Below are positions 62,058-64,000 of a DNA stretch of 64,000 bases, piece after piece. The DNA is taken from NCBI GenBank assembly GCA_965287045.1, contig OZ336873.1, positions 106,392,001 to 106,456,000 on the forward strand, given 5' to 3'. The notes beneath the pieces are model-generated. The model was not told the DNA's origin. It saw only the letters and a list, made by a program, of their open reading frames with translations, and searched no databases. The stretch is from Carcharhinus amblyrhynchos. Taxonomy: Eukaryota. Position 1 is the stretch's first letter. Each line of letters begins with the position of its first letter. A program made the translations under genes and the position numbers.

Positions 62058-62455
62058 TACACAGCAGACACCATCTCCCTGGCTCTGCACTCAATCCTAG
62101 AACTCCTAGATAACAAAGACACCTATGTCAGACTCCTATTTCTTGACTACAGCTCAGCCTTCAACACCATTATTCCTATGAAACTCATCTCCAAACTCTG
62201 TGGCCTGGGTCTTGGCTTGACCCTCTGCAACTGGATCCTGAGCTCCCTAACTCACAGACCACAATCAGTAAAGATAGGCAACAACATCTCCTCCACAATC
62301 ACCCTTAAATCCCAGGCCCCCATGGATTGTTCTCAGACCCCTACATTACTTGTACACTTATGCTTACTCTTAACCTCATACACCAAATTCCTCTCCAACT
62401 TTTTTTTCAATTTTGCTGACAACACAACCGTAGTGGATCAGATCTCAAACAATGA
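62058..62455 (+). mobile_element. Rex1/Babar RT fragment
   Basis: [10 protein letters not shown]...[18 protein letters not shown]...LCNWIL...FADNTTVV. Confidence 0.88.
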
Positions 62456-62785
62456 CCACAGTAAGAAGTCTCACAACACCAGGTTAAAGTCCAACAGCTT
62501 TATTTGGTAGCACAAGCTTTCAGAGCACTGCTCCTTCATCAGGTGAGTGGGAGTTGGGTTCACGAACAGGACACATATAGACACAGACTAATTGCAAGAT
62601 AATGCTTGGAACGTGAGTCTTTACAGGTGCAGACAATGCGAGTGGAGAGAGGGATAAAGACAGGTTAAAGAGGTGTGAATTGTTTCAAGCCAGGACAGTT
62701 AGTAAGATTTTGCAAGCCCAGGCAAAATGGTGGGGGTTACACATAGTGTGACATAATCTTAAGATCCCGGTTGAAGCCATCCATA
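62456..62785 (-). mobile_element. Penelope-like element 3' end / pLTR
   Basis: cacagtaagaagtctcacaacaccaggttaaagtccaacag terminus shared with 44818 and 63460; carries a hammerhead motif. Confidence 0.75.
62511..62545 (-). ncRNA. Minimal type I hammerhead ribozyme motif
   Basis: CAC-CUGAUGA-A-GGAGC-AGU-GCUCU-GAAA-GC-UU-GUG: intact core boxes, stem II, palindromic AAGCUU stem III. Confidence 0.6.
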
Positions 62786-62959
62786 CTCATAAAGTAAAAC
62801 TAAAAGGTTAACTCCTGATTCCAGTTAATTGCTAACTGCCTGATTTACTGAAAGAGGTGGTGTGAGATCAACGCAGAAAGCTCGAAATTGATTTGTGGAG
62901 TCTTGACAACTGAAATCAATTGGCTGAAAAAGGACCAAATACTTGGGACCCAATTCTCC

Positions 62960-64000
62960 TGTTTTCAGGATAATTGCTCCTGCTAGCATGTAAACGGGAT
63001 GATTTCACATTGGGACTGTCTATCAGGAAGGACTCCTGCCGGCTAGCCTCATTGTTCAGAGACCGAAGCACTGTTTTTAAGGGATGTCCCAATCTCCACA
63101 TTTATGGAGAGGTCTCTCCCCCTCCCCACCAAATAGAAATGGTGCCAACACCACACCCCCCTCCACCTCCTGCTGACCAGAGGTGCACCACCAACCCCTC
63201 CGCAAATAGCGGGTCACCCTTCCACACACCATACACACATGAGAGTGAAACAGTGTCCCTCTGGCATGGTGCCTTGGGCAACAAGGGGAGTTAAGGAGGT
63301 AGGTCCAGTGGTCATTTGTCTCTCTGCCACTCTCGGGCTACAACAGGAGTGTCTATTAATGATCCTGGGAGGTTAGGTAAGCTTGGGATGGGGGCAAGAG
63401 ATTGATCTTAGACTATTGCCCAGGATAGGGATCCTGTGGCTGGTCTGCTCCTTCTAATCCTGATGTGGAGATGCCGGCGTTGGACTGGGTAAACCTGTTG
63501 GACTTTAACCTGGTGTTGTGAGCCTCTTAACCCTGTCAGACCTGAAGATTACCTCTGGCATGGTGCTTTCAGGCAGCCCGGTCATTCATTTCTGCATTCC
63601 AGCTTGTCAGCTGTGAAAGCTTGTAAGTGGCCTGGTGACTTTAATCTCCATGCCCCATTTTAACCTAATGGGCTTTTAAATCACAGCAGGACTCCATTGT
63701 GCATTAGGGATTTCCCCTTCTCTCTGTCAGAAGCTGCGGATGTGAGCAGAGAGCAGACCTCTTTGAAGTCCTCTTTTCTGGGGGGTCGCTGGTTCTCCCC
63801 TGGTCGTTACCAACACCAAGCCTGCCCAATGCATTTCCCACAGGGGTGGCGGGGAACTGTCAGGAGGCCGCTGAATGGGCCAACAAGCCAGCTAATTGTA
63901 TTACAATAAGTGGGTTTGCATCAGTTTCAGATTCCCGCCCGGCTTGGACAGTAACATGATTGGGGTCTGCAGGGCTGGCAGGGTCGATACTGATTACCTT
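62960..64000. mobile_element. Decayed Harbinger-type element running off the window end
   Basis: GC-rich body with motifs like 45270-45900; interrupted by a Penelope-like fragment. Confidence 0.4.
63460..63530. mobile_element. Penelope-like terminal fragment (two pieces in opposite orientation)
   Basis: tgatgtggagatgccggcgttggactgggt joined to taaacctgttggactttaacctggtgttgtgag. Confidence 0.7.

Overview
Repeat-rich, CpG-depleted vertebrate DNA, almost certainly from a shark or another elasmobranch, judged from HE1/V-type SINEs, HER1-like CR1 LINEs and other elasmobranch-type repeats. I see no host protein-coding gene. Every ORF I can assign is transposon-derived: CR1 ORF2, Rex1/Babar RT, L2 RT, Gypsy gag/protease, and Harbinger transposase and Myb/SANT. 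The window reads as a gene desert or a very large intron. It holds two long CR1 copies (37692-40370, young; 49963-53070, deleted), a nested and internally deleted Gypsy element (12970-17151), and many PIF/Harbinger-type MITEs with decayed autonomous partners. It also holds several SINE families, Penelope-like ends with minimal hammerhead-ribozyme motifs, and a few repeat-free blocks that look like conserved enhancers (inference only). The most unusual object is a ~296 bp poly(A)-tailed retroposon at 52598-52893 flanked by a 16-bp TSD. Its 5' end is U2 snRNA nt 11-38, and it carries a second internal U2 segment fused to an octamer. All family names come from recognition by eye without database searches, and most repeat boundaries are approximate.
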